Assembly (NCBI GenBank): GCA_028279375.1
Contig: JANQNW010000003.1
Span: 117,256-181,255, forward strand
DNA: 64,000 bases
Source: Phycisphaerales bacterium
GTDB taxonomy: Bacteria > Planctomycetota > Phycisphaerae > Phycisphaerales > UBA1924
Direction of reading: 5' to 3'
Shown here: in pieces, positions 19,558 to 29,123 of the stretch
Numbering within the stretch: position 1 is the first letter of the stretch
How the letters are laid out: the number at the start of each line of letters is the position of its first letter
Notes under the pieces: generated by a model
The model's database searches: none
The model's input: only the letters and a program-made list of their open reading frames with translations
Told to the model about the DNA's origin: nothing
Made by a program: the position numbers and the translations under genes

Positions 19558-21258
19558 ATGAGCCGTACAACCGCGAATACCGACACAAAGAGCGCATCCG
19601 ATCGCCCGGCGAGCCCCGGAGTGGACCCCCACGCCGTCACCATCAGCGGGATCGTCCTCGACGAGCAATATGGCCCGCAGACCGAGATCGAGTCGCTGGC
19701 CAACTACGAGCGGGACATCGCGGCTCCGGGCGAATACCCATTCACGAGGGGGCTCTTCCCAAAGGGCTATCGAACGCGTCTGTGGACGATGCGCCAGTTC
19801 GCCGGCTTCGGCTCAGCAGACGACACGAACATGCGCTTCAAGTACCTGCTCGAGCAGGGGAAGCACTCGAAGACGAACACCGGCCTCTCGACGGCCTTCG
19901 ACCTGCCGACACTCATGGGTCGCGATTCTGACGACCCGCTCTCGTCGGGCGAGGTCGGGCGCTGCGGCGTCGCGATCGACACGATCGAAGACATGCACCG
20001 CCTGTACGCGGATATCCCGGTCGGCGAGGTGACGGTCAGCCAGACGATCAACGGCCCGGCGGCCGTCATCTGGGCGATGTACCTCGCGATGGCGAAGCAG
20101 CGCGACATTCCATGGGATTCGCTCGGCGGGACCTTGCAGAACGACATTCTCAAGGAATTCCATTCCCAGAATGAGTTCATCTATCCGCCCGATCCGAGTG
20201 TGAAGCTCGTGGTGGACACGATCGAATTCCAGTCGCAGCATGTGCCGAAATGGAACTCCGTCTCGATCAGTGGCTATCACATTCGCGAGGCTGGATCGAC
20301 GGCGACGCAGGAGCTTGCCTTTACGCTGCGCGACGGCATGGAGTACGTCGAGGCGTGCCTGCGCCGCGGCATGGACGTTGATTCGTTCGCCCCGAGGCTC
20401 TCGTTCTTCTTCAACAGCCACAACGAGTTCTTCGAGGAGATCTGTAAGCTCCGCGCGGCGCGGCGCATCTGGGCGCGCATGATGAAGGAGCGCTACGGCG
20501 CGGCGAATCCCCGCTCCTGGTTCATGAAGACGCATGTTCAGACGGCCGGTTGCTCGCTGACAGAGCAGCAGCCGCTCAACAACATCGTTCGTGTGGCGTA
20601 TCAGGCCATGGCCGCGGTGCTCGGCGGCTGCCAGAGCCTGCATACGGACTCGATGGACGAGACGCTCGGACTCCCGACGGAGCAGGCCGTGACGGTCGCG
20701 CTCCGCACGCAGCAGATCCTCGCGCATGAAACGGGCGTCACACGCACTGTCGATCCGCTCGGCGGCGCGCCCTTCATCGAGAAGCTGACGGACACGATGG
20801 AGGCCGAGGCGCTGCAGTACATCGCTGAGATCGATGAGATGGCCGGCGGCCCGTGGCCCGAATGCAAGGGCGGCGTCGTCGAGGGCATCAACAAGGGCTA
20901 CTTCCGCAGACAGATCGCCGAGGCGAGCTATCGCTTCAGCGAAGAGTGCGAGGCGGGCGATCGAATCATCGTCGGCGTGAACGCCTACCGGCAGGACGAC
21001 GAGGAGCGGCCGATCGACATCCTGCAGATTCCGCATGAGGTCGAGACGGTGCAGTGCGATCGACTGGCGGCGTTCAAGGCGAATCGCGACGACGCGGGCG
21101 TGAAGAGTGCGCTGGAAGCGATTCGCACGGCGGCGCGGAACGATGAGAACGTGATGCCGTCGCTTGTCGAAGGCGCGCTCGCCAACTGCACGCTCGGTGA
21201 AATGGTGCAGGCGCTGGCGGATGTGTACGGGCGCTATTCCGGCGGGCCGGAGTGGTAA
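19558..21258 (+). CDS. Methylmalonyl-CoA mutase family catalytic (alpha, N-terminal TIM-barrel) subunit without a B12-binding domain.
   Basis: Family blocks [32 protein letters not shown], the H-block and the R-block. 566 aa, ending before the B12 domain. Confidence 0.85.
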   Translation: MSRTTANTDTKSASDRPASPGVDPHAVTISGIVLDEQYGPQTEIESLANYERDIAAPGEYPFTRGLFPKGYRTRLWTMRQFAGFGSADDTNMRFKYLLEQGKHSKTNTGLSTAFDLPTLMGRDSDDPLSSGEVGRCGVAIDTIEDMHRLYADIPVGEVTVSQTINGPAAVIWAMYLAMAKQRDIPWDSLGGTLQNDILKEFHSQNEFIYPPDPSVKLVVDTIEFQSQHVPKWNSVSISGYHIREAGSTATQELAFTLRDGMEYVEACLRRGMDVDSFAPRLSFFFNSHNEFFEEICKLRAARRIWARMMKERYGAANPRSWFMKTHVQTAGCSLTEQQPLNNIVRVAYQAMAAVLGGCQSLHTDSMDETLGLPTEQAVTVALRTQQILAHETGVTRTVDPLGGAPFIEKLTDTMEAEALQYIAEIDEMAGGPWPECKGGVVEGINKGYFRRQIAEASYRFSEECEAGDRIIVGVNAYRQDDEERPIDILQIPHEVETVQCDRLAAFKANRDDAGVKSALEAIRTAARNDENVMPSLVEGALANCTLGEMVQALADVYGRYSGGPEW

Positions 21259-21948
21259 TCAACACTCGACCCGAAGCGACCTGACAAAAGAAGTTATGAG
21301 TCCCTGGAGGCGCGGACGTCCCTCCCCGCTGACGCGTTGGCAGCGCCCGTATGTCTGTATTGACATTCGACCGGACCTGCCTTGCGGCCGGACGCTGATC
21401 TCCATTCGCCCCTGGAGCGTCGTCGTCATCGCATTCGACGATCTCCAGCGGGGCATTCCACCGCATCCGATAAATTCGGCCCTCCCGTGTTTCGGGGGCC
21501 ATTCACGCCCTCAATCCAGATGGCATGCGTGACTCGTTTGCGACTGGAGAGCCCAGCCCATAACTTCACCTCTGCGTTGGCTTTGTGTCGGCGCACGCCG
21601 TCTTCGTTGCTGGGGATAACTCGTGCATGGCTTACGTGTCCCGTCAGGGAGCGCGAGCCCAACCGACGTGTTCGCCGTGGGGGGCGTGATCGGGACACGT
21701 CGGGAGCTTCCCTGTCGGTCGGCGTCTTGTGACTTTCGCGCAACATGCGCGAAAGTGAGCCAACGAGAGGAAGGAAGGGGGACTCCAGTCCTCCGCAGCG
21801 GAAGAACAGGACCGATCAGGAGACGCGGATTCGTGTGGTGCGAATCGGTGCAACGCATCGATCTCGCGCATGGCCTATCCACTGTCAGCATGCGCTGTCT
21901 GACGTCACGGCGCTTCTCTGCTCGGGGCGGTTCGGGAAGAAGTTGATC

Positions 21949-24021
21949 ATGAATCAGCGACGGAAGCTCAGCCATGAGCGCGCACTCGGCTTCATGCTGA
22001 TCCTCGCCATCGTCTTCGGATGGGCGGAGATCGCGTCGGCGACGGATGACTGCGACTGCGGCGAGATCGCTCGCTTCAGCCAGGGTGATCTGAATCTCGA
22101 CGGATTCGTCGATCAGCAGGATCTCTCGAGGCTCATCGAGAACTACGGGACGGCGCCGGAAGGGGCTGACGGCCTGGCGCTCGGCGACCTCGATCTCGAC
22201 GGCAGCGTGCAGATGACCGACATCAGCCGGCTCATCGGATTCTGGGGACTGACGACGCCGCACGAGCACGAGCTGCCGTCCCCGGTGATTCATGTGTTCC
22301 CCGATCCGACGAACGCCAATAAACCACTGGTCGCCCCGGTTGTCGTGCATGTGCATGCGACGGAATCGCGACTTGGGCGGAACGATCTGAAGCCGCAGCG
22401 AGCGCTGTTCGAGTGGAGCTTCGGCGACGCGCCGGGCAGACAGGTCGTACCGGATCCCCTCGGCGAGCCGGGCTCCATGATCGATCTCTCCAGTTCCCAG
22501 CAGGGCTTCAATGCGGCATATCTGTACGAGAAGCCGGGCGTCTACGAGGTGACGCTCGTGATGACGAACGAACTCGGCGGCACGGCGCGGACATCGATTG
22601 AGTTCGAGGTCGTGGCGCCGGAGGGCGAAAACGCCCGTCAGATCCGATACGTCGATTCCGAACTTGGCCAGGACTCGCTCGAGGAGGGTTGGGGAACATC
22701 GCCGGACCAGCCGTGGCGGAGTTTCGGATTCGCGATGGACCAGGCGTCGAATCATATGGTGATTCGATTCCGACGCGATCGGATCTTCCCCGTCTTCCAA
22801 CTGGACGCTCGAAATGTCGAGCTTCGCAACTTGATCCTCGAGTCGTACGGCGAGGGCGCGCGCCCGATTCTTCACTGGAAGGACAGCGTCGAACGCGGTT
22901 TCATCCTTCGAATCGGCGCCGACGCTGACACCGTCATCGTGCGCGACCTCGCGATGACGAGTGACTTCGTGAATGCGCCGTTTTACGATCCTGAGCGCGG
23001 CGGCGAGCGCTGCGACGGATGCTCCAGCATCGAGGCGATCAATCTGAATCAGGCGCGCAATGTCGCGATCATCAATTGCTCCGCTTCCAATACGGAGAAG
23101 ATGATCGACGCGGACTCCGGCAATAAGTATGTGCTGCTTCAGGGCAACGAGTCCACGATCACGCGCAAGTACCAATACACGATCCGCGGGAACGATTACA
23201 CGATTCTCGGTTGTCGCGCGGACATGACGTCGCGGAACGATCTGATGCGGGTGGGACTTGGCGGCGCTAGGCGTGTCAACGTCTCCTTCTGCGACTTCGG
23301 TATGGAGAACTCGCGCGGGTCAACGGAAGTGATCCGCTTCGGCACCGTGAAGTTCGGCGTGATTCATCATTCGCTCCTGACCGGCGCCGCGTCGAAGGTC
23401 GGACACAACAATGAACTCACGAAGTTCTTCCTGATGTCAGACTGCAGCCTCTCCCCACGCGAGACGGACTTCGGCGAGCATCATCTGGTCAAGCTCTCAT
23501 ACAACGCCCGGGACCTGATGTTCCGCGGCAACGAGTTCAACGTCACGAAGCACGACGCGGCAGTTTTCATCAATGCTCGCAGCAGCGTCACCGACGAGGA
23601 TGAAAAGGACATCGTCGGCGTCGAGATCGTCGGCAACGTCTTCAAAGTGCACCCGAATAGCGAGGGTCGGTATTCCCGCCTGATCCGACTCGCCGATGTG
23701 CGGGAGCCGGCAGGCGACTACGACGTCAGGAAGGTGCAAATCGTCGGGAATGACTTCACCCAGGTCCCGGCGCTCGAGTTCGCGCCGGATGTCCTCATGA
23801 CGCTTCCCGAATCCGTGGACCAGATCTGCGGCAACGCCCTTCCTGCCATCATTCGCGAGCGCTATCCATACGTTGAGTTGACGGCGGAATCCATGGTGAC
23901 CGCCGAACTCGACTTCAGGGATTTGCAGCGCGATCCGCGCATGGTCGGCAATGTCGTTGCGAGCGTCCTTCCGGAATCGCCGGTGGACGGTGACGACGAA
24001 CCGAAGGATGACGACGACTAA
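21949..24021 (+). CDS. Secreted dockerin-repeat protein with a right-handed parallel beta-helix (pectate-lyase-like) region and an acidic C-terminus.
   Basis: Signal peptide; dockerin type-I repeats DLNLDGFVDQQDLSRL and DLDLDGSVQMTDISRL; repetitive beta-helix-like segments. The ATG at 21949 was verified. Confidence 0.6.
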   Translation: MNQRRKLSHERALGFMLILAIVFGWAEIASATDDCDCGEIARFSQGDLNLDGFVDQQDLSRLIENYGTAPEGADGLALGDLDLDGSVQMTDISRLIGFWGLTTPHEHELPSPVIHVFPDPTNANKPLVAPVVVHVHATESRLGRNDLKPQRALFEWSFGDAPGRQVVPDPLGEPGSMIDLSSSQQGFNAAYLYEKPGVYEVTLVMTNELGGTARTSIEFEVVAPEGENARQIRYVDSELGQDSLEEGWGTSPDQPWRSFGFAMDQASNHMVIRFRRDRIFPVFQLDARNVELRNLILESYGEGARPILHWKDSVERGFILRIGADADTVIVRDLAMTSDFVNAPFYDPERGGERCDGCSSIEAINLNQARNVAIINCSASNTEKMIDADSGNKYVLLQGNESTITRKYQYTIRGNDYTILGCRADMTSRNDLMRVGLGGARRVNVSFCDFGMENSRGSTEVIRFGTVKFGVIHHSLLTGAASKVGHNNELTKFFLMSDCSLSPRETDFGEHHLVKLSYNARDLMFRGNEFNVTKHDAAVFINARSSVTDEDEKDIVGVEIVGNVFKVHPNSEGRYSRLIRLADVREPAGDYDVRKVQIVGNDFTQVPALEFAPDVLMTLPESVDQICGNALPAIIRERYPYVELTAESMVTAELDFRDLQRDPRMVGNVVASVLPESPVDGDDEPKDDDD

Positions 24022-25115
24022 GTCGCTGAACGGCGTCGCCGGACGCCGGCGCCCACGCACACGCCCCAGAGGACGACCATGGCGCTTGGCGCCGGGATGT
24101 TGTACGCGCGGATTCCGGAATCGGTCGAGAGAAACAGCCACTGGCCGTCATCGGTCATCGACATGACTCCATCGCTGAAGGCGAGTGTGGACTGAAGCGT
24201 CTCACCGGCGTCGAATCGATCGACCTCCATCCACGTCTGGGTCTCGTAGACCACGATCTCCGAGCTGACGGAGCTCGCAGTAAAGAGCAGATCCTGCGTG
24301 GGGCTGAAGACCATGCCTCCATCGAGGTTGTTGAGCGTCGTGACGAGCGACAGTCCGCTGTCATAGATGCGTATGTCATCGAGGACGCCCTGCGCGAAGA
24401 GCGAGCCGTCGCGACTGACGGCGCTGGCGGTGTCAAGAATTGACGTTCCGATGAGCGAGTGGTTGGGGAAGGTGTCCGACGCTGAGTCGTAGTTGAAGAA
24501 GGGACCGGAAAGCGAGTCCGTCTCGGCGAAGAAAAGGGCGCTGCGATCGGCGCTTCGGACGATCGTCGTGCGTGGCTGGACCATATCGACGCTCGAGCCG
24601 GCGTCGAAGACACGAAGGGTGATCATGTCCGTGCTCAGGTCGATCTCCCGGAGCGGCCAGGCGCGATTCGAGAACGCGTTCTCATCCACCGTGAAGAAGG
24701 CCTTGCCGGTGTTCGTAATGGAGAGATCCCACGCGCCAAGCTCCTCGCCGGGATCGCCGACCGGCGCGTACGTCAGCGACGTCGTCATGCCGCTGGCGAG
24801 GTCGACCTTCCGGATGTAGCCCTGCGCGATGTCCCGCTGGGCCTCGGTGATGTAGGCGCTCGAGCCGTCCGGAGTGATGTCGATCGCGCGGAGTGAGTTG
24901 CCGACGCCGACGTAGGAGGAAAGGAGAATCTGCTGATCGACATCCCAGCGGGCCACGTCTCCGGAGCCGGTCGTGATGTAGAGAACTCCATCGACCGGAT
25001 TGAAGACATGGTCGCGCCTGTTTTCGACCGGAATCAGGACCCCTTCGGCGATGGCTGGCGACGCGATCGCCCCCGCCAGGAGGGCGGTGACGGCAAGTGT
25101 TTTCTGACGGCTCAT
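24018..25115 (-). CDS. Secreted beta-propeller-like protein with a PEP-CTERM-like tail (IPAPSAMVVLWGVCVGAGVRRRRSAT).
   Basis: Signal peptide; C-terminal Pro motif, TM, then RRRRSA, as in 3367..4131. Confidence 0.55.
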   Translation of the reverse strand: MSRQKTLAVTALLAGAIASPAIAEGVLIPVENRRDHVFNPVDGVLYITTGSGDVARWDVDQQILLSSYVGVGNSLRAIDITPDGSSAYITEAQRDIAQGYIRKVDLASGMTTSLTYAPVGDPGEELGAWDLSITNTGKAFFTVDENAFSNRAWPLREIDLSTDMITLRVFDAGSSVDMVQPRTTIVRSADRSALFFAETDSLSGPFFNYDSASDTFPNHSLIGTSILDTASAVSRDGSLFAQGVLDDIRIYDSGLSLVTTLNNLDGGMVFSPTQDLLFTASSVSSEIVVYETQTWMEVDRFDAGETLQSTLAFSDGVMSMTDDGQWLFLSTDSGIRAYNIPAPSAMVVLWGVCVGAGVRRRRSAT

Positions 25116-25444
25116 CTCACTTCTCCACGCTCATGACTGACCCACATGAGTCGGAGCGCAGACGATGAGACAGCGGGCGGCGATCGCGCGGTGGCGTCGC
25201 CGGAATGAAGCATCAGCGCGAAGTCTCGGCGCAGGCGCATAAGAACTTCGCTCTGAGGCGGAAATCCCGATTGTCTTTCGACTGACTCCGAGTCGAATTG
25301 CCCTGTGCGGGGGCGTATCGGCACCATAACGCAATCGCGGCGGAAGTAAAGGAAAACCTCGTGAGTCCGAGAGTCTTCAGTCCCTGACGCCTCCGACCAT
25401 CATCGGGTTGACGGATCTCCGCGCCGGGAGGCATGCTGAACGCC

Positions 25445-26221
25445 ATGACGATCGGAATCATGGGCGCCATGCCGGAGGAGGTCGATGCGCTCCTGCCGTT
25501 TCTCGAGCGGGATCGGCCGCCGGTGTCGAGCGGCATGCGCACGTATCACACCGGAAGCCTCTGGGGACACCAGGTCGTGATTGTCCACTCGCGCATGGGC
25601 AAGGTCGCTGCGGCGACCAGCGCGACGCACCTAATCGTTGAGCATGAAATCGAATCACTGCTCTTCACGGGCGTCGCCGGCGCCATCTCGCCGGACGTCT
25701 CGATCGGCGACATCGTCGTGGCTCGCTCGCTTCTCCAGCACGATCTCGACGCGCGGCCGATCTTCCCGCGATTCGAGGCGCCGCTGCTGGGGCGCGATCG
25801 GTTCGGCACATTGCACGAAGAAACCGCAGCTCTCGAGATCGCAGCGCGCACGTATCTCGCCGATGATCACGACAACGCCGTGGATTCCGAGTTCGATATC
25901 AGTTCACCGCGCGTCCACACAGGTCTGGTCATCAGCGGCGATCAGTTCATTTCCGATCCACAGACGCTCGCACGCCTTCGCGTCGATATTCCTGACGCGC
26001 TGTGCGTTGAGATGGAAGGCGCCGCCGTGGCTCAGGTGTGCTACGAGCACGGGGCGCCCTGTCTCGTCGTGCGAACCATTTCAGACGACGCATCGCATGG
26101 GGCGGAGATCGACTTCGCGAAATTCGTGGACCGGGTGGCGAGCCACTACGCCGTCGGCGTCACGCGGCGCTATCTGGCTGGGCGGCCCGCCTCGGAATCC
26201 GCGCCGCGATCGGCCAGATAA
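25445..26221 (+). CDS. mtnN: 5'-methylthioadenosine/S-adenosylhomocysteine nucleosidase.
   Basis: PNP_UDP_1 fold with MTIGIMGAMPEEV, FTGVAGA, VEMEGAAVAQVC. Confidence 0.8.
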   Translation: MTIGIMGAMPEEVDALLPFLERDRPPVSSGMRTYHTGSLWGHQVVIVHSRMGKVAAATSATHLIVEHEIESLLFTGVAGAISPDVSIGDIVVARSLLQHDLDARPIFPRFEAPLLGRDRFGTLHEETAALEIAARTYLADDHDNAVDSEFDISSPRVHTGLVISGDQFISDPQTLARLRVDIPDALCVEMEGAAVAQVCYEHGAPCLVVRTISDDASHGAEIDFAKFVDRVASHYAVGVTRRYLAGRPASESAPRSAR

Positions 26222-26891
26222 GCCACAGCGCGAGCATCATGATCTGCGCGATGAGAACCATGTAAAAGACGCGCACCGGCCAGGCGCCGAGATAGTCGAT
26301 GAGCGTCGCCGTCCCGGGGACCGAATCGCCGATGTAGCCGTAGTTGGTCTGAAGCGCGATATTCAGAGGCAGCGCGAACGCGATGTACGCCACGTTGCAG
26401 ATCGTCACGTAGAGATAATCTCTGGCGCGCGGTCGGTACCCGCGGACGAGAATGTCGTAGAGCGGGCAGAGCACAATAAGCGTGTGCCCGATCCAGAAGA
26501 GCCAGTAGCCAAATTGGCCGACGCCCTGCGTGAGCACGGGCGTGATGAAGCCCTGCGTCGAGAGACCGATCCCCCAGAAGTACGCAACGGCTCGGCAGAA
26601 GCGCCAACGCGTCAGAAGCGCAAGCGCTCCGAACCACGGGGCGAGGTCGCAGACATGCAGCGGGAGCGTTGACGCGAGGCTGAATCGAGCAGGTGACAGC
26701 CACCATGCGATCGAAATTATCTGCCAGATGACGACGATGCCGACAATGCCCAGCGCATAGCGACGCTCATGCTCCTGCATGCGTCGCCGGCGCGCGACGA
26801 AGACAACGCACAGCGCCGCGAGCAGGAATGACGCGACCGACATGACATGCAGCGCGCTGCCGAAGCGGAATGTCTGGAGCCAACTTTCCAT
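26160..26891 (-). CDS. Polytopic intramembrane protein (YwaF/TIGR02206-like).
   Basis: 6-7 TM helices with a PLHVCD motif. Overlaps the mtnN 3' end convergently. Confidence 0.45.
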   Translation of the reverse strand: MESWLQTFRFGSALHVMSVASFLLAALCVVFVARRRRMQEHERRYALGIVGIVVIWQIISIAWWLSPARFSLASTLPLHVCDLAPWFGALALLTRWRFCRAVAYFWGIGLSTQGFITPVLTQGVGQFGYWLFWIGHTLIVLCPLYDILVRGYRPRARDYLYVTICNVAYIAFALPLNIALQTNYGYIGDSVPGTATLIDYLGAWPVRVFYMVLIAQIMMLALWLIWPIAARIPRRAAQPDSAA

Positions 26892-26965
26892 CCACCTCAA
26901 TAGTACGACGAGCTGAAGCGGCGCATAGAATCGGCGATATCACACCGTCGAGAGATCGGGGCGCC

Positions 26966-27811
26966 ATGTCAGAATCGAAGTCATCGCATTATGTGCACGG
27001 CGCCAGCCCGGACGAGCAGGAGCGCCTGTCGCTTCTGAACTCGCTTCTGAACGCCCGATCTCTTGAGGAGATGCGTATCCAGTCCGGCGCCTCCATTCTC
27101 GATGTCGGCTTCGGTCTCGGGCAGTTCGCAGCGCTGATGGCCCGGGCGGCCGGCCCGTCGGGCAGGCTCGTCGGAGTTGAGCGTGATCCGGATCAGCGGG
27201 CCAGAGCCGCGGCCAATATCGAGGCTGAGGGCGTCGCCGATCGCGTCGATCTCCGCGCCGGTGACGCGATGGACCTGCCGCTGGCGCGCGAAGAATGGGG
27301 GGCGTTCGACATCGCCCACACTCGATTCCTGCTCGAACACGTTCCCGATCCCGGCGCAGTCGTTCGCCAGATGAGTCGTGCGGTGCGTCCGGGCGGTCGC
27401 CTCGTGCTCGCAGACGATGATCACGAGACACTGCGTCTCCACCCGGCGCTGCCGTCGTTCGAACGACTGTGGAGCGCTTACATGCGAAGCTACGAGATCT
27501 CAGGCAATGACCCATTGGTCGGGAGGCGGCTCGTCTATCTCCTGCATGAGTCCGGCGTCAGGCCCATTCGCAACACTTACATCTTCTTCGGGAGCTGCGC
27601 TGGCAATGCGGACTTCGATTCGTATGTGCGCAATCTCGCGGAAGTCATCGCAACTGCGACGGACCACATGGCGAGCCATCAGTTGCTCGCGAGGGCGGAG
27701 TTTGACGCAGCGATCGATGACCTGCATGCGTGGTCGCGATTGCCGGACGCCGCGATCTGGTACGGCATGTGCTGGGCAGAGGGCGTGCGACCTGGGAGTC
27801 CCGATGCGTAA
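26966..27811 (+). CDS. Class I SAM-dependent methyltransferase.
   Basis: Motif I ILDVGFGLGQF and motif post-I LVGVERDP. The internal ATG at 26966 was verified. Confidence 0.75.
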   Translation: MSESKSSHYVHGASPDEQERLSLLNSLLNARSLEEMRIQSGASILDVGFGLGQFAALMARAAGPSGRLVGVERDPDQRARAAANIEAEGVADRVDLRAGDAMDLPLAREEWGAFDIAHTRFLLEHVPDPGAVVRQMSRAVRPGGRLVLADDDHETLRLHPALPSFERLWSAYMRSYEISGNDPLVGRRLVYLLHESGVRPIRNTYIFFGSCAGNADFDSYVRNLAEVIATATDHMASHQLLARAEFDAAIDDLHAWSRLPDAAIWYGMCWAEGVRPGSPDA

Positions 27812-27905
27812 CGCCATGGGCGGCCTGTGAACGCGGGAATCGACGGCGCCATGTCCGGGCCGCTAGACTCATTGCGGCGGATGGACCCTCTCAACTGAGT
27901 TCCCC

Positions 27906-29102
27906 ATGACGAAGGCGGCCGCGGCCTTCACAGCGACCATGACGACCACGATTCACACGCCGACCACCGAGTTCGAGAAGAAGGATCGCTGCGCCGACCT
28001 GGACCATCGCCCGCGCGTGCTGCTGGGAAAGATGGGTCTCGACGGTCACGATCGCGGCGCCAAGGTGATTGCGCGGGCGTTGCGGGACTCGGGCGCCCAC
28101 GTGATCTACTCAGGTTTGTGGCAGACGCCGCAGTCGCTGGCGATCGGAGCGCGTGATGAGGATTGCGATGTCATCGCGGCGTCCATGATGAGCAACTCGC
28201 ACATGGTCCTCGGCCCGCGTCTGCTCGAATCGCTCAGGGAACTTGGTCGGCCGAATGTGCCAGTGCACATGGGCGGCATCCTCCCTGCGGAGGATGTGCC
28301 GACGCTGCTTGAGATGGGCGTCAAGCAGATCTTCACAACAGGGGTCGGACTGCTCGATGTCGTCGAGGCGGCGCGAAGTGAGACGCGCGCTCTGGCCCCG
28401 ACCGTCGGCGATGATCCGAATCCGATCGCGCAGTTGGCGCGCGACATCTCGCTCGTGCACCTCAGTCGCGAGCTTCGCCCCGGCGCCGTGAGGCGCAGAC
28501 CGGCGCGTGTCGTCGGAATCACGGGTTCACCTGGCGCAGGCAAATCCACGCTCGTCGCTCAGCTCGTTGCGGAGTTGACGCGCGATCGCGATCTCGCAGA
28601 GGCAGGCTCACGCGCCGCAGTGGTCGCCTTCGATCCTCAGTCGCCGATCACGAGCGGCGCGCTGTTGGGCGATCGGCTCCGCGTTGATTTCAATAATCTC
28701 GGCGAGCGCGTCTTCTATCGTTCGCTCGCGATCTCTGGTGAGGACTATCACGGTCTCGATGACATCATTCAGCTCATCGGCGGTTGCGACATCAACGGGC
28801 AGCCCGCATTCGACACGGTCTTCGTGGAGACAGTGGGCGCCGGCCAGAATGAGACGCGCATTCGTGAGCACGTTGATCAGACGGCGGTCGTGCTGACGCC
28901 GGGCATGGGTGACGCCATCCAGATGGATAAGGCGGGCATTCTGGAGATCGCCGATCTCTTCGTCTGCAACAAGGCGGATCACCCAGGCGAGAATGAACTC
29001 GTGCGCGATCTCCGCGATATCGCTGGTCGACGCCCCGTGCTCGAGACGATTGCGACGCGCGCCCAGGGCGTGCCTGAACTTCTTGCGGCCCTGACGAGCT
29101 GA
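27906..29102 (+). CDS. Fusion of a methylmalonyl-CoA-mutase-type B12-binding domain with a MeaB/ArgK-like G-protein domain; the MeaB C-terminal dimerisation extension is absent.
   Basis: B12 DxHxxG as LDGHDRGAKV, then GILPAED. After that a P-loop GITGSPGAGKST, switch LLGDRLRV, VETVGAGQNE, and NKxD as CNKADH 35 aa before the stop. Confidence 0.8.
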   Translation: MTKAAAAFTATMTTTIHTPTTEFEKKDRCADLDHRPRVLLGKMGLDGHDRGAKVIARALRDSGAHVIYSGLWQTPQSLAIGARDEDCDVIAASMMSNSHMVLGPRLLESLRELGRPNVPVHMGGILPAEDVPTLLEMGVKQIFTTGVGLLDVVEAARSETRALAPTVGDDPNPIAQLARDISLVHLSRELRPGAVRRRPARVVGITGSPGAGKSTLVAQLVAELTRDRDLAEAGSRAAVVAFDPQSPITSGALLGDRLRVDFNNLGERVFYRSLAISGEDYHGLDDIIQLIGGCDINGQPAFDTVFVETVGAGQNETRIREHVDQTAVVLTPGMGDAIQMDKAGILEIADLFVCNKADHPGENELVRDLRDIAGRRPVLETIATRAQGVPELLAALTS

Positions 29103-29123
29103 ACGAACTGTCCGGACACATGC

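Noticed and set aside
19813-21036. 407-aa minus-strand ORF
   Set aside because: It is a shadow ORF antisense to the mutase catalytic subunit.
21511-23175. 554-aa minus-strand ORF
   Set aside because: It is antisense to the dockerin/beta-helix gene and the upstream spacer, with no motifs and shadow-ORF composition.
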